Below are positions 7,188 through 16,604 of a stretch of DNA of 32,000 nt, piece after piece. The position numbers were made by a program, and so were the translations under genes. Positions within the stretch are counted from its first letter, which is position 1; the number at the start of each line of letters is the position of its first letter. The stretch is from Eubacteriales bacterium (GTDB taxonomy: Bacteria; Bacillota; Clostridia; Oscillospirales; CAG-272): contig JBGVPV010000036.1 of NCBI GenBank assembly GCA_045127215.1, forward strand, positions 17,137 to 49,136, in the 5' to 3' direction. The notes beneath the pieces were generated by a model that had not been told where the DNA came from, searched no databases, and saw nothing but the letters and a program-made list of their open reading frames with translations.

Positions 7188-7201
7188 CTTCCTTATGAGA
7201 A
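7188..7201. repeat. Right copy of the 14-bp inverted repeat (cttccttatgagaa)
   Basis: Exact reverse complement of 5931-5944. Confidence 0.85.
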
Positions 7202-7215
7202 GTTGGGCAAAGAAA

Positions 7216-7258
7216 CTTACTTTTCTTTTGAAAAAGAAAAGCTAAGCAAAAGAAAACA
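7216..7258. repeat. Copy R3 of the ~43-nt hairpin repeat
   Basis: cttacttttcttttgaaaaagaaaagctaagcaaaagaaaaca. It is in the same orientation as R1/R2, with one substitution in the right arm (gctaag versus ggtaag). Confidence 0.9.
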
Positions 7259-7275
7259 GAACAAAAAAGTACCAA

Positions 7276-7303
7276 GAAAATTACAGGGGAAACTTCTCAT
7301 AAG
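7276..7303 (-). terminator. Terminator hairpin downstream of addA
   Basis: ggggaaacttct/agaagcttcccc, 11 bp with one mismatch. On the minus strand it is followed by tgtaattttcttgg. It begins 19 nt after the addA stop. Confidence 0.6.
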
Positions 7304-7321
7304 AAGCTTCCCCTGATGTTT

Positions 7322-10300
7322 TTATAAAGTATACAATTTTCCTGCACAGGTCGAATATATAGCGACCTTATCGGGAGCTTTACCAAACAACTGTGTTATG
7401 GCTTCGGCATAATATCTGAGCTGTTCGCCGTGGGCTTCCTTCATCTTTGCGGTAGCAAGAGTATCGTCCGCCATTTCCTCACGTGTCAGTCGGTCGGTCT
7501 TGTAATCGTAAAGCTCGATTGAACCGTCCTCTGTTATGAGTATCAGGTCGATAACACCCTGAACGGCGATAGTTTCGTTTATTATCCGAGTCTTTAATTC
7601 CGTATCTTCGGTGAAATCCGATGCGGGCAGAAGTATGTTAAAGCGGCGTTCGCGTATAACCTCCCGTGCGCCGAGTATGCGGTCGCAGAACTCGCCATCA
7701 AGCAAACGCTGTATTTCTTTTTTGTATATCAGTCCTTCAAATTCCTCGGGAATAAAACGCTTTTCAATAAGCTCACGGATCATAGCGTCAACACCGTGCT
7801 TCCGTGCGTATTCAAAATTGCAGAACTGCAAGAAGTTGTGGGTTGCCGTTCCGCGTTCCGCGGAGGTGGAGCTCTTTTTATCTATTCCTAAGAATATGCT
7901 CGGGACAGCCGTCGGCTTTCGTTCTTCAAAGGGAGAAAACGATGTGTCGTTGTCGTCCAGAACATCAGGAGAAAGACGTGATATTGAGAGCTTTGCGGGA
8001 ATGCGTCTGAGATCTGCGTAGGGATAGACGAAGGAGAATCGCTTTTGAAGCTCTTCGGTAAGCGCCGTATCCTCTTGAATGCGTTCCTGAGTCGCGTCCG
8101 CTGTACTTCCATCAAAGGCAGTGATTTGGCAGGGCTGATATTCAAACACCTTAGCGGTAGCTTTTTCGTCATGCAAAACAGGAAGTATCCAATCAAGATA
8201 TGACGAGCGCGTTAGCGTGGAATAGCGACAGTTAAATCTCGCATTGAACTCTGCGGCGGCGCGTACGTTTGGCAAGGTGCGTCGAGAGAAGCTTCCCGTA
8301 ACGAACAGCTGTTCGCGCGCTCTTGTCAGTGCAACGTAAAGCACACGCATTTCTTCTTCGCGAGAAAGAAAATCTTCACGAAGATCAAGAATTCTTTTGA
8401 GGGGGGATTCGTATCGCGCAAATCCGGTATTATCGGCAAGATCCATAGCAATTCCTATACCGTAAGCGAATGAAAGAGAGTTCTTATGTTGAGGGCTCAT
8501 ACTTGCGCCCGTATTACAAACAAAGCAGACGGGGAATTCAAGTCCCTTTGATTTGTGTATCGTGGTAAGCGTTACACAGTCGTCGGATACTCCCTTTGAA
8601 ACGGCTTCAAGTGTTGTACCGTTTTCGATTATCGTGTTGATAAATTCAATAAAGTTATAAAGTCCTTTGAATGATCCCGACTCAAAGCTTCTCGCATATT
8701 CATAAAGGCGGAGAAGATTTCCGCCCTCGCCACTTGAGGATTTTTCGGAGAAAAGTCCGGAGGCGACAAACGAATCGGTTGAGAAAAGATGCTTTAAGAA
8801 CTTGTCTATGGGTAAGCTTGCGGCAATTCTGCGTAGTGCGCATAACTGCTCGTTAAAATCCGCACATCGAGCAGAAAGCTCTCCATCTCCTTCGGCGGCT
8901 ATGCAGAGCTTATCGTAAAGTGAGTCTGAATCGCAGCCAAGCTTTGATATAAAGAGAATATCCTCGAGGGAAAAGTTGAAGATCGGTGAGCGTAGCGCCC
9001 CTGCAAGATACACGTCTCGCTGAGGATTGTCAACGGCGTTTAAAATGCAAAGCACCATAAGTACGTCGGGGTTTTGAAAATACTCCGTAGAGTCGGTCGC
9101 CGTTGTCTTTATTCCGCGCTTTGCCAGAGCTTCGGCAAAACGTGCTGAGGCGTTATTACTTCTGAAAAGCAGTGCGACGTCTTTAGGGAGTATTTTGCTG
9201 CCGTCAGCTTTTTTGTCGTTTTCAAGAATCTCTGCAATACGTTCGGCAACGTATTCCGCTTCCGCCTCAGATGCTTTCAGCTCGGATGAGGGATCGCTTT
9301 CCTCGTCGTTCGAATCGTCTTTTTTCTTGGCGTCTTTGGCAAATACGGCAACCTCGGTTGTCGGAAACAGGTCGGGATCTTTTTTCAGCCCGTAAACGAG
9401 ATCGTCTTCAGGTGTGTATCCGATGCTTTGACCGCAAGAGGCAAAGAGCGGGGAACAGACAATATTTGTAAAGTCGATTATCTGCTTTGAACAGCGGAAA
9501 TTTTCCGACATAAATATAGTACATGCGTCGGCATTTTCGTCATCGATGGGGGCAAAGCTTGAACGGTAACGTGCGAAAAGTGAGGGTTCAGCTCCTCTGA
9601 AGCTGTAAATGCTTTGCTTTATATCACCAACCATAAATCTGTTCGTAGGCGTTGAAATCGCTGAGAAAATAGCGTCCTGAACGGGATCTACGTCCTGATA
9701 CTCGTCGATGTAGATCTCCGAGAAAAGTGAAGAGTATTCCATGGCGCATTTTGTCGGTTTGCCGTCACTTCCCACGAATAAATCAAAGGCGTATCGTTTG
9801 ACGTCGGTAAGCTCAAGTATGTTTCTGCGTTTTTTCTCCGCCATAAATCTGAGGTGAAATTCATACAGAACGTCATACAGGAGCGCAAGATTCTTTGAGG
9901 TTTTGCTGAAGAAATGTGAAAAATCGGCATCCGAATAGCAGAAGAAATTATCGCAAAGATCCTTTACAAGCTCTTTCAAGGCCTTACGAAGCTCTTTACA
10001 GAAAATGCTGTCGCTACTTGCGAATTCGCTTTTCAACGATCCGAGCTTTGCAAAGGTGTGTCCGTTCAAAATATCCGCAACGCTTCTATAAGTGGGATCT
10101 TGTTTTTTTAGCTCATGTAAAACCGACAGACAAAGTCCTCTGTCACTTTCCATTGCAGGTGCGTACAGGCGGGACAGTTTATCGTCGGCATAGCATATCG
10201 AGAGGCACTGCTCGTAATACGGCAGAAAATCCTCAAATGCGGATATGCAGAAATCTTTGATTATCGCTCCGTATTTGGTTGCTAAGAAATCTCCGCTTGA

Positions 10301-10930
10301 TGCTTCATCACATTCTTTGGCGCATTTTGCAAGGTATTCAACACCTTCGGGTACGTGCATGCACTTGCCGTAAATATCGGTAAGTACCTCGTGCATAACG
10401 TCACCTGTGTCGCGGATCTTTTCAAAGCATTCGCACAGGCGAGGAAATTCTTCGCTCGTCTCGTAAAACGAAAGAATGACGTCATTCATTACGTTCTTTG
10501 CAAGCAGGTCGGTTTCAGAGCTGTCAGCTATTCTGAAGCCTGAGGAGAGTGAGAGCGCGGCAAAGTTTTTTCGTACTGCGTCAAGATAGAATGAGTCTAT
10601 CGTGGAGATGTGCGCGCTGCTGAGTTTAACGAGTTGCTTTGTAAGGTGAGCGTTTTCCGGGTCAATTGCAAGCGCATCACGCAGCGCGGCGGATATTTTT
10701 GCGCGAAGGTCTGCGGCAGACGCTCGTGTAAAGGTTACTATAAGCATATCGGAGATATCCGCGGGGGAGTTTTTCTCGGTAAGCTTTCTGATTATACGCT
10801 CAGTAAGCGTAGCGGTTTTTCCCGAGCCTGCTGCGGCGCTGACGAGTAGAGTTTTATCTCTTGAAGTTATAGCTTGTAGCTGTGCGTGGGTCCATTTAGT
10901 TGCCATCGCTTTCTTCTCCTTTCCCGTCAA
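7322..10930 (-). CDS. addA: Helicase-exonuclease AddAB, subunit A (UvrD-type helicase plus RecB-type nuclease)
   Basis: 1202 aa. Walker A AAAGSGKTATL. UvrD/PcrA helicase motifs. C-terminal PD-(D/E)XK nuclease (GVIDLILITEDGSIELYDYKTD). The start is possibly Met9 (10906, MATKWTHAQLQAI). It overlaps the addB stop. Confidence 0.93.
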   Translation of the reverse strand: MTGKEKKAMATKWTHAQLQAITSRDKTLLVSAAAGSGKTATLTERIIRKLTEKNSPADISDMLIVTFTRASAADLRAKISAALRDALAIDPENAHLTKQLVKLSSAHISTIDSFYLDAVRKNFAALSLSSGFRIADSSETDLLAKNVMNDVILSFYETSEEFPRLCECFEKIRDTGDVMHEVLTDIYGKCMHVPEGVEYLAKCAKECDEASSGDFLATKYGAIIKDFCISAFEDFLPYYEQCLSICYADDKLSRLYAPAMESDRGLCLSVLHELKKQDPTYRSVADILNGHTFAKLGSLKSEFASSDSIFCKELRKALKELVKDLCDNFFCYSDADFSHFFSKTSKNLALLYDVLYEFHLRFMAEKKRRNILELTDVKRYAFDLFVGSDGKPTKCAMEYSSLFSEIYIDEYQDVDPVQDAIFSAISTPTNRFMVGDIKQSIYSFRGAEPSLFARYRSSFAPIDDENADACTIFMSENFRCSKQIIDFTNIVCSPLFASCGQSIGYTPEDDLVYGLKKDPDLFPTTEVAVFAKDAKKKDDSNDEESDPSSELKASEAEAEYVAERIAEILENDKKADGSKILPKDVALLFRSNNASARFAEALAKRGIKTTATDSTEYFQNPDVLMVLCILNAVDNPQRDVYLAGALRSPIFNFSLEDILFISKLGCDSDSLYDKLCIAAEGDGELSARCADFNEQLCALRRIAASLPIDKFLKHLFSTDSFVASGLFSEKSSSGEGGNLLRLYEYARSFESGSFKGLYNFIEFINTIIENGTTLEAVSKGVSDDCVTLTTIHKSKGLEFPVCFVCNTGASMSPQHKNSLSFAYGIGIAMDLADNTGFARYESPLKRILDLREDFLSREEEMRVLYVALTRAREQLFVTGSFSRRTLPNVRAAAEFNARFNCRYSTLTRSSYLDWILPVLHDEKATAKVFEYQPCQITAFDGSTADATQERIQEDTALTEELQKRFSFVYPYADLRRIPAKLSISRLSPDVLDDNDTSFSPFEERKPTAVPSIFLGIDKKSSTSAERGTATHNFLQFCNFEYARKHGVDAMIRELIEKRFIPEEFEGLIYKKEIQRLLDGEFCDRILGAREVIRERRFNILLPASDFTEDTELKTRIINETIAVQGVIDLILITEDGSIELYDYKTDRLTREEMADDTLATAKMKEAHGEQLRYYAEAITQLFGKAPDKVAIYSTCAGKLYTL

Positions 10931-13900
10931 TTCTTCGACATATTGGCCTTGCGGTGCAATATTTGCAAGGATCTATGCCGCCGCTTATTTTAGGATCGCA
11001 GTCTGCGATACCGTCGTATATTTTATGGGCAATATCCACGAGGGTGTCCTTGATCTCAGTGCCGAGCGTATCAAAGTCCTCGGAGCTGATCAGAGATTTA
11101 CCCGTGGGCTTTCCGTCCTTTCCTTTGGTGACACCAAGTAAAAGCTCTTTTTTGGATGAGCGGCTTACGGCGTTAAGTATCTTTTCGTCGTCAATTAAAA
11201 TACCGTTGCGAGAAAGATTTCCCTGTGCGATGTCCAATATTTCGTTCTCATCGGTATCAAAATTCTTAATATCGATCTTAGGAAGTGCGCTTGAGAGATA
11301 GGTGATTCCTGCCGGCAACACTTGTCCGTTCCGATCAATTCCCGCCATATTTTTAAGCTTTGCGCCGGGGGCTGAACAGATGCAGAGCAGGTATAACAGC
11401 ATTTGCGTGCCAAGACCCTCACGCGCCTCCTGAAGTGAGAATTCCTTACTGCCCGTTTTGTAGTCAACGATGCGAACGTATACGTCGTCTCCGTTACGCC
11501 AAAGGTCAACTCGGTCGATAAATCCTCGGAGTACAAGCTGAGCGCCGTTATCAAGCGGCATTATCAGAGGTGCGGGGTCTCCGTTTTGTCCATCAATGTG
11601 AAGCTCAAAGAACGCGGGACGGAAGTCACCGTCATCAAACTCACTCATAACATTGTCTATAAGCAAGCAGGAAAGACGGCGAAGCTTTGAATAAAGATGC
11701 TGCATTCGTTTGTTGTCAATCAGATGCTCGGGACATATTTTGCGGATATATTCACGCGATACCTCGTCAACCATCCGAGTGATATCCTCGCGAGTGGGGA
11801 GCTTAGCGTCGGGGGTGGCAGGTACGCAGAAGCGTATGATCTGCTCAAGAATATAGTGTATAAACGAGCCGAAGTCCGTAGCCTTGAAGTTTGATTGCTT
11901 TTGTTCGCGGAGCCCGAGCATATATCCTGCGTAGTAGCTGAACGGACAGCGAACGTATTTTTCGATTCCCGTGGGGGAAACGTATATCGTATCCCCAATA
12001 AGCTCACGTATAAGCTCGGGATCAAGTCTGTATTTTGAGGCCGAAACCGATGTTTGCGAGAGCTTTTGAACTGCGGGAACGTGTGGTGAGACCGCGTTTA
12101 TCATAGATTGTCTTGCGGCTTTGTCGGAAATATTGCGTATGTGCGCGGCGGCAATTCGTGGGGTAGCGCAAGCGAGTAGGGGATCGTTACCGTCGAAGCT
12201 GTTGACCTTAACGTCGCAGAATAATGCTTTTACGCGTGAGATCGGTAATGAAGGTACTTGCTTAGATCCCTTAGCATCGGAAGAAGCCGTGAATAAAAAT
12301 AGCTTTTCGGTAGCGCTGCCAAAGGTATTTCTTACATACATCAGCTCGTCTGATGATCTTGTATCGGAATCCTCGCCAAGATCCAGTCCAAGCTCCGAAA
12401 GTGCAGTTTTGTCGGCATCACTGAACATACCTGCGTCGTTGATATTTGCAGGGAACTCTCCCTCACAAAGTCCGAGAGCAAGTACGTATTTTGGGTGATC
12501 GGCACGTGCAGTAGCCGCCGAACCTATCACGACCTCGTCAATGGACGTGGGGATAGTGGCGATCTGTGTTTGCTCGAATACTATTTTCAATACGTCAAGC
12601 AGCTCGTCGGGTGTTATGCTTACGTTTTCAAGGGCATTAGCAACGTCAGCGAGCGCGTTAAGAATAATTCCGTAAGCGCTTGCATATTCTTCCGCGGTCT
12701 TAAGGTCACCGCGTTGCTTTTCTCGGTTTGCAAGCTCGAGAAGCTTGTCTTCAAGCGAGACGTCGAGAGTATATTGATATATGGCGCGGCACATTTCCTT
12801 TACGCTGTCCGCGGCTTCGAGCATAACGAAAAGACGCTCCAGAGGTTTGCAGAGTTCTTCGCGCATTTTGTTGGCTTCTTCAAGTATAACTTTACCGCGC
12901 TCAGAGGTTTTTTCTACGAGTCCGTCGGGATTCATAGTCCACGCGCCGTTCGTAAATCCCGCACCGGAAATATTCCAGGTGTTTACGTACTCCTCAAAAA
13001 GATCGGCAGAGCGCATTGAGAAAGCGCACAGTCCGGTTTTGATGTGCGAGATAACGTCGTTCTTTCTCCAATTGTATTTGCGGATGCGGAGCGCCGAGAG
13101 AATGAGCTTTACGGGAGCGAGGGCACAAACGTCACTTTTTTCTGAAAAATAAAAGGGAATATCGCCGCGTTCAAGCGCGGGTTCGATAATACCTCGATAT
13201 TTCTCGGGATTTCGCATAACTATAACTATATCCTTGCAGCGCGCGCCGCTTTGCAAAAGCTCGATAATATGGCAGGCGGCGGCGTCAGCCTCGGCATAAG
13301 GCGTATCACATACGTCGATGCTTATTCGTCCGTCGCAGGACGGGGCTACATCTCCTGTCGGAGCGTTCATTTCCCAGATGTTTTCCGATACGTAACGCAG
13401 AGCAGGGTGTTGCTTTTTAATTTCACCGTTGAATATTTCATCAGAATGACCGCCGCGGCGTGTCGCGTGCTTAGCAAGTGTTTTCGCGGACGCCTCGATA
13501 CTTGCGGTGCTTATATCACTGTACTTGGGTGAAGGCAGAGGAATGCATACGGTAACGTTGTCAGCGGTTGCGAAAATGCGGTCAATTATCCTGTGTTCAA
13601 CCGCCGTGAAGGATGTAAATGAATCGATATAAACGTTTTTACCCTCAAAGAAATCGTGCTCCTCGAGAATATTGTAAAGTCGTGAAAGATCGTCAGCAGA
13701 ATCGGTATAGCGATCACCGCAGAGCGCCTCGTAAGCGCTCCATATAAGGCAAACGTCGGAAATGCGTGCCCCAAGCTCTTCGTTTTCGATCTTCTGAAGT
13801 GTGGATTCGAGGGCGGTCAGATCAACGCCCGCGAATTTAAGCTCTGAAACGGTTGCCAGCATAGTTTCTATAAACGCGGGATCGTCAAGGGCGTTGCCGT

Positions 13901-14219
13901 TATATTTTGCAAGCAAGGGCGCGACCTCACGGAGTGCCTGCCACATCATCAGATGCTTTATGGGAGGAGTTATATAGGAGTAACAAAGTCCGCCGTATTC
14001 ACGGCATACTCTGTTATAAAGTCGTGAAAAACCAAGCACTTCGAGCTTGAGCTGTGCGGACGGGGGGAGATTGTCCAGCGTCATTTTCTCGGCAGATACC
14101 GCCATTTGATCGGGAACTATAAGTATGGATTCTTTTCCCGTCTCGGTGTCGTTGAGAATAGCGTTTATAATTGCGTTTGATTTGGCGTCCGTATTTTTGC
14201 CGTATAAGAATCTGATCAC
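10896..14219 (-). CDS. addB: Helicase-exonuclease AddAB, subunit B
   Basis: 1107 aa, immediately upstream of addA and overlapping it. C-terminal nuclease with the AddB Fe-S cysteines (YVRCPF ... CKYCTARPIC, i.e. C-x2-C-x5-C). The N-terminal Walker-A-like GKNTDAKS is degenerate, with Ala at the conserved second Gly. Confidence 0.9.
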   Translation of the reverse strand: MIRFLYGKNTDAKSNAIINAILNDTETGKESILIVPDQMAVSAEKMTLDNLPPSAQLKLEVLGFSRLYNRVCREYGGLCYSYITPPIKHLMMWQALREVAPLLAKYNGNALDDPAFIETMLATVSELKFAGVDLTALESTLQKIENEELGARISDVCLIWSAYEALCGDRYTDSADDLSRLYNILEEHDFFEGKNVYIDSFTSFTAVEHRIIDRIFATADNVTVCIPLPSPKYSDISTASIEASAKTLAKHATRRGGHSDEIFNGEIKKQHPALRYVSENIWEMNAPTGDVAPSCDGRISIDVCDTPYAEADAAACHIIELLQSGARCKDIVIVMRNPEKYRGIIEPALERGDIPFYFSEKSDVCALAPVKLILSALRIRKYNWRKNDVISHIKTGLCAFSMRSADLFEEYVNTWNISGAGFTNGAWTMNPDGLVEKTSERGKVILEEANKMREELCKPLERLFVMLEAADSVKEMCRAIYQYTLDVSLEDKLLELANREKQRGDLKTAEEYASAYGIILNALADVANALENVSITPDELLDVLKIVFEQTQIATIPTSIDEVVIGSAATARADHPKYVLALGLCEGEFPANINDAGMFSDADKTALSELGLDLGEDSDTRSSDELMYVRNTFGSATEKLFLFTASSDAKGSKQVPSLPISRVKALFCDVKVNSFDGNDPLLACATPRIAAAHIRNISDKAARQSMINAVSPHVPAVQKLSQTSVSASKYRLDPELIRELIGDTIYVSPTGIEKYVRCPFSYYAGYMLGLREQKQSNFKATDFGSFIHYILEQIIRFCVPATPDAKLPTREDITRMVDEVSREYIRKICPEHLIDNKRMQHLYSKLRRLSCLLIDNVMSEFDDGDFRPAFFELHIDGQNGDPAPLIMPLDNGAQLVLRGFIDRVDLWRNGDDVYVRIVDYKTGSKEFSLQEAREGLGTQMLLYLLCICSAPGAKLKNMAGIDRNGQVLPAGITYLSSALPKIDIKNFDTDENEILDIAQGNLSRNGILIDDEKILNAVSRSSKKELLLGVTKGKDGKPTGKSLISSEDFDTLGTEIKDTLVDIAHKIYDGIADCDPKISGGIDPCKYCTARPICRRIDGKGEESDGN

Positions 14220-14421
14220 GGTAATTCTCCTTCCTGTTCGAAATGTATCAGGTATATTTTATCATAATAGTCGACTAAAAACAAGGGAAAAATGATTTTT
14301 AGTATATAAAATATAATATTTTTATTTAATTTAATAAGAGTTACGAGTTTCTTCAAAAAATCTTCACATAAAAGTTTTATAATGTATATGTGGAAGTAGT
14401 TCATGTGCGGAGGTATTTTTC

Positions 14422-15858
14422 ATGAATGACGATATAAAAAAAGAAAATTCGACAAACTACGGAGGACAGAGCTTTGATACTGAGAACGTTGAGGCTACCA
14501 ATAAGGGCGGCGAAAATTGTGACAAAATCTCTGAGACTCAAAAAGCGGCAAATGATATACAAAAAGAAACAGCTTTCGGACAAGTCTCGGGTAATATCGG
14601 GCAAAATGAGAGCGCTACGAGAGATACGCAAGATGATGTAACGGACAGCGCGAAATATTCGGCAACCTATGCGCCGCCGTACTATGTTCCGAATCTTGAG
14701 TCTGTATCTGAAACAGTTCATGAGAAAGATAAAAATAAATCGGCAAAGCGAAGAAAGAGTGATTCTGGATTTATAGCCCTTCTCAGTACGGTATGCTTTT
14801 TGCTCGTATTGGCGATCATAATACTTGCCACTCTTTTACTGTCAAGGGATATGATAACGGGCGGATTTGGCTTTGGTGATTCACACGTCGATATTTTTAT
14901 CGGCAATAAGGACGTTAACATTGTGGATAAGGGTGAGCAGGAGGTGCTGTCTATACCTGAGATAGTGAGCCGTGTGTCCGATAGTGTGGTTGAAATAACC
15001 ACGAGGCAAGTAACCCATAATCCCTTTTACGGTAATTACGTAACAGGGGGAGCCGGAAGCGGAGTTATAGTTGCACAGAATGGCAATACGGGATATATCG
15101 TTACCAATCATCACGTCGTTGCGGGCGCAGATAAAATGATAGTCACTGTAAACGTTGACGGTGAGAGAATGCAGTACGAAGCAACTTATCGCGCGGGAGA
15201 TGCGAGGGAGGACATAGCTGTCATAACCATATCTCTCAGAAACGGAGAGACACTTTCCCAAGCTCAATTCCGTGATCTTGAAAGCTCGCCGTTGCTTGTA
15301 GGAGAGAGCGTGATAGCTATTGGTAATCCCCTTGGAGAGCTTGGCGGTACTGTGACTAACGGTATAATCAGCGCACTTGACAGAGAAATAACGATAGACG
15401 GAAACAGGATGACGTTGCTTCAGACGAACGCTGCCGTAAACCCCGGCAATTCGGGCGGCGGTCTCTTTGATTCTACGGGAATGCTTATAGGTATAGTTAA
15501 CGCAAAGGAGTCGGACAGTGGTATTGAAGGTCTCGGATTTGCCATTCCCGCTGACAGAGTGCTTAAGAATGTCACTGATATTCTTGAGATCGGCTATATT
15601 ACCGGAAGAGCGGGACTCGGTATTTCGGTATATGCTGCAAACGGTGTATACGGTGTGTACGCGGTAGAATCTTCGGGAGCGTTTAAGGCAGACGATCGTA
15701 TCGTTGCCATAAACGGAGAAGCTATTCATACTCTTTCTGATTACAATGCAGTTCTTAGTGAGCTTACCATAGGAGAAACGGTAACCGTAGTGGTTATGCG
15801 TGACAATAACTCGTATAAGGAATTTGAAGTTAAGGTAATTGAGGACGATTCCAAATAA
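14422..15858 (+). CDS. htrA: HtrA/DegP-family (S1C) serine protease with a single TM anchor and C-terminal PDZ domain
   Basis: 478 aa. Catalytic His (IVTNHHV), Asp (REDIAVI) and Ser (GNSGGGLF). TM helix FIALLSTVCFLLVLAIIILATLLL follows a ~115-aa polar N-terminal tail. PDZ-like C-terminus. Confidence 0.9.
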   Translation: MNDDIKKENSTNYGGQSFDTENVEATNKGGENCDKISETQKAANDIQKETAFGQVSGNIGQNESATRDTQDDVTDSAKYSATYAPPYYVPNLESVSETVHEKDKNKSAKRRKSDSGFIALLSTVCFLLVLAIIILATLLLSRDMITGGFGFGDSHVDIFIGNKDVNIVDKGEQEVLSIPEIVSRVSDSVVEITTRQVTHNPFYGNYVTGGAGSGVIVAQNGNTGYIVTNHHVVAGADKMIVTVNVDGERMQYEATYRAGDAREDIAVITISLRNGETLSQAQFRDLESSPLLVGESVIAIGNPLGELGGTVTNGIISALDREITIDGNRMTLLQTNAAVNPGNSGGGLFDSTGMLIGIVNAKESDSGIEGLGFAIPADRVLKNVTDILEIGYITGRAGLGISVYAANGVYGVYAVESSGAFKADDRIVAINGEAIHTLSDYNAVLSELTIGETVTVVVMRDNNSYKEFEVKVIEDDSK

Positions 15859-15879
15859 CTTAATAATCAGGAGAAGAAG

Positions 15880-16569
15880 ATGTATAAATTACTTGTCGTT
15901 GATGATGAAATCAGAATACGTTCGATAATAAAAAAATACGCGGAATTTGAAGGGCACAGCGTGACTGAGGCGGCTGACGGAATTGAAGCCGTACATCTGG
16001 TGCGTAAGTTTAAGTTTGACCTGGTAATAATGGATATAATGATGCCTGAGCTTGACGGATTCTCGGCTTGCCGAGAGATCCGCAAGCATTCCGACGTGCC
16101 GATAATAATGCTGTCGGCAAGGGGCGAGGAATATGATAAGATAAACGGCTTTGAGGTGGGTATTGACGATTACGTCGTAAAGCCATTTTCACCGAAGGAG
16201 CTTATGCTTCGTATAGACGCGGTCATGAAGCGCGTGAAGAGAGCTGATAACAGAGGAAAGCAACCGGAGCATCTCGTTGTAATGCTTGACGGTGGCGGAC
16301 TTACAGCTGATATAACGGCACGAATCGTTTACATAGACGGTGAACGTGTGGATATGTCTCCTAAGGAATACGATCTGTTTTTCTATATGCTTGAACATAA
16401 AAACATAGCGCTTTCAAGGGAAAAGCTTATAAGCGACGTATGGGGATACGACTTTTACGGCGACGTAAGAACGCTGGATACGCACGTTAAATTGCTTCGC
16501 AGAAGTCTTGGCAAGTATTCCAATCTTATCGTAACGCTTCGCGGTGTCGGATATCGATTTGAGGCGTAA
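15880..16569 (+). CDS. OmpR/PhoB-family response regulator
   Basis: 229 aa. Receiver domain (LLVVDDE ... DLVIMDIMMPELDG ... KPF) and winged-helix output domain (LRGVGYRFE). Confidence 0.93.
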   Translation: MYKLLVVDDEIRIRSIIKKYAEFEGHSVTEAADGIEAVHLVRKFKFDLVIMDIMMPELDGFSACREIRKHSDVPIIMLSARGEEYDKINGFEVGIDDYVVKPFSPKELMLRIDAVMKRVKRADNRGKQPEHLVVMLDGGGLTADITARIVYIDGERVDMSPKEYDLFFYMLEHKNIALSREKLISDVWGYDFYGDVRTLDTHVKLLRRSLGKYSNLIVTLRGVGYRFEA

Positions 16570-16604
16570 GAGCTATTTATAAATTTCAATGTGAGGGTAG
16601 GATA

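Noticed and set aside
6871-7321. Short ORFs readable through the GC-rich repeat block, giving Gly/Arg/Pro/Ser-rich peptides on either strand.
   Set aside because: They have no RBS, and their reading frames are created by palindromic repeats, so both strands read open. This is typical of repeat-derived false gene calls.
14216-14721. Minus-strand ORFs 14216-14404 (62 aa) and 14401-14721 (106 aa) in and near the addB-htrA intergenic region.
   Set aside because: The first lies in AT-rich promoter DNA with an Ile/Lys/Leu-rich translation and no RBS. The second is antisense to the htrA 5' end. Neither has supporting signals.
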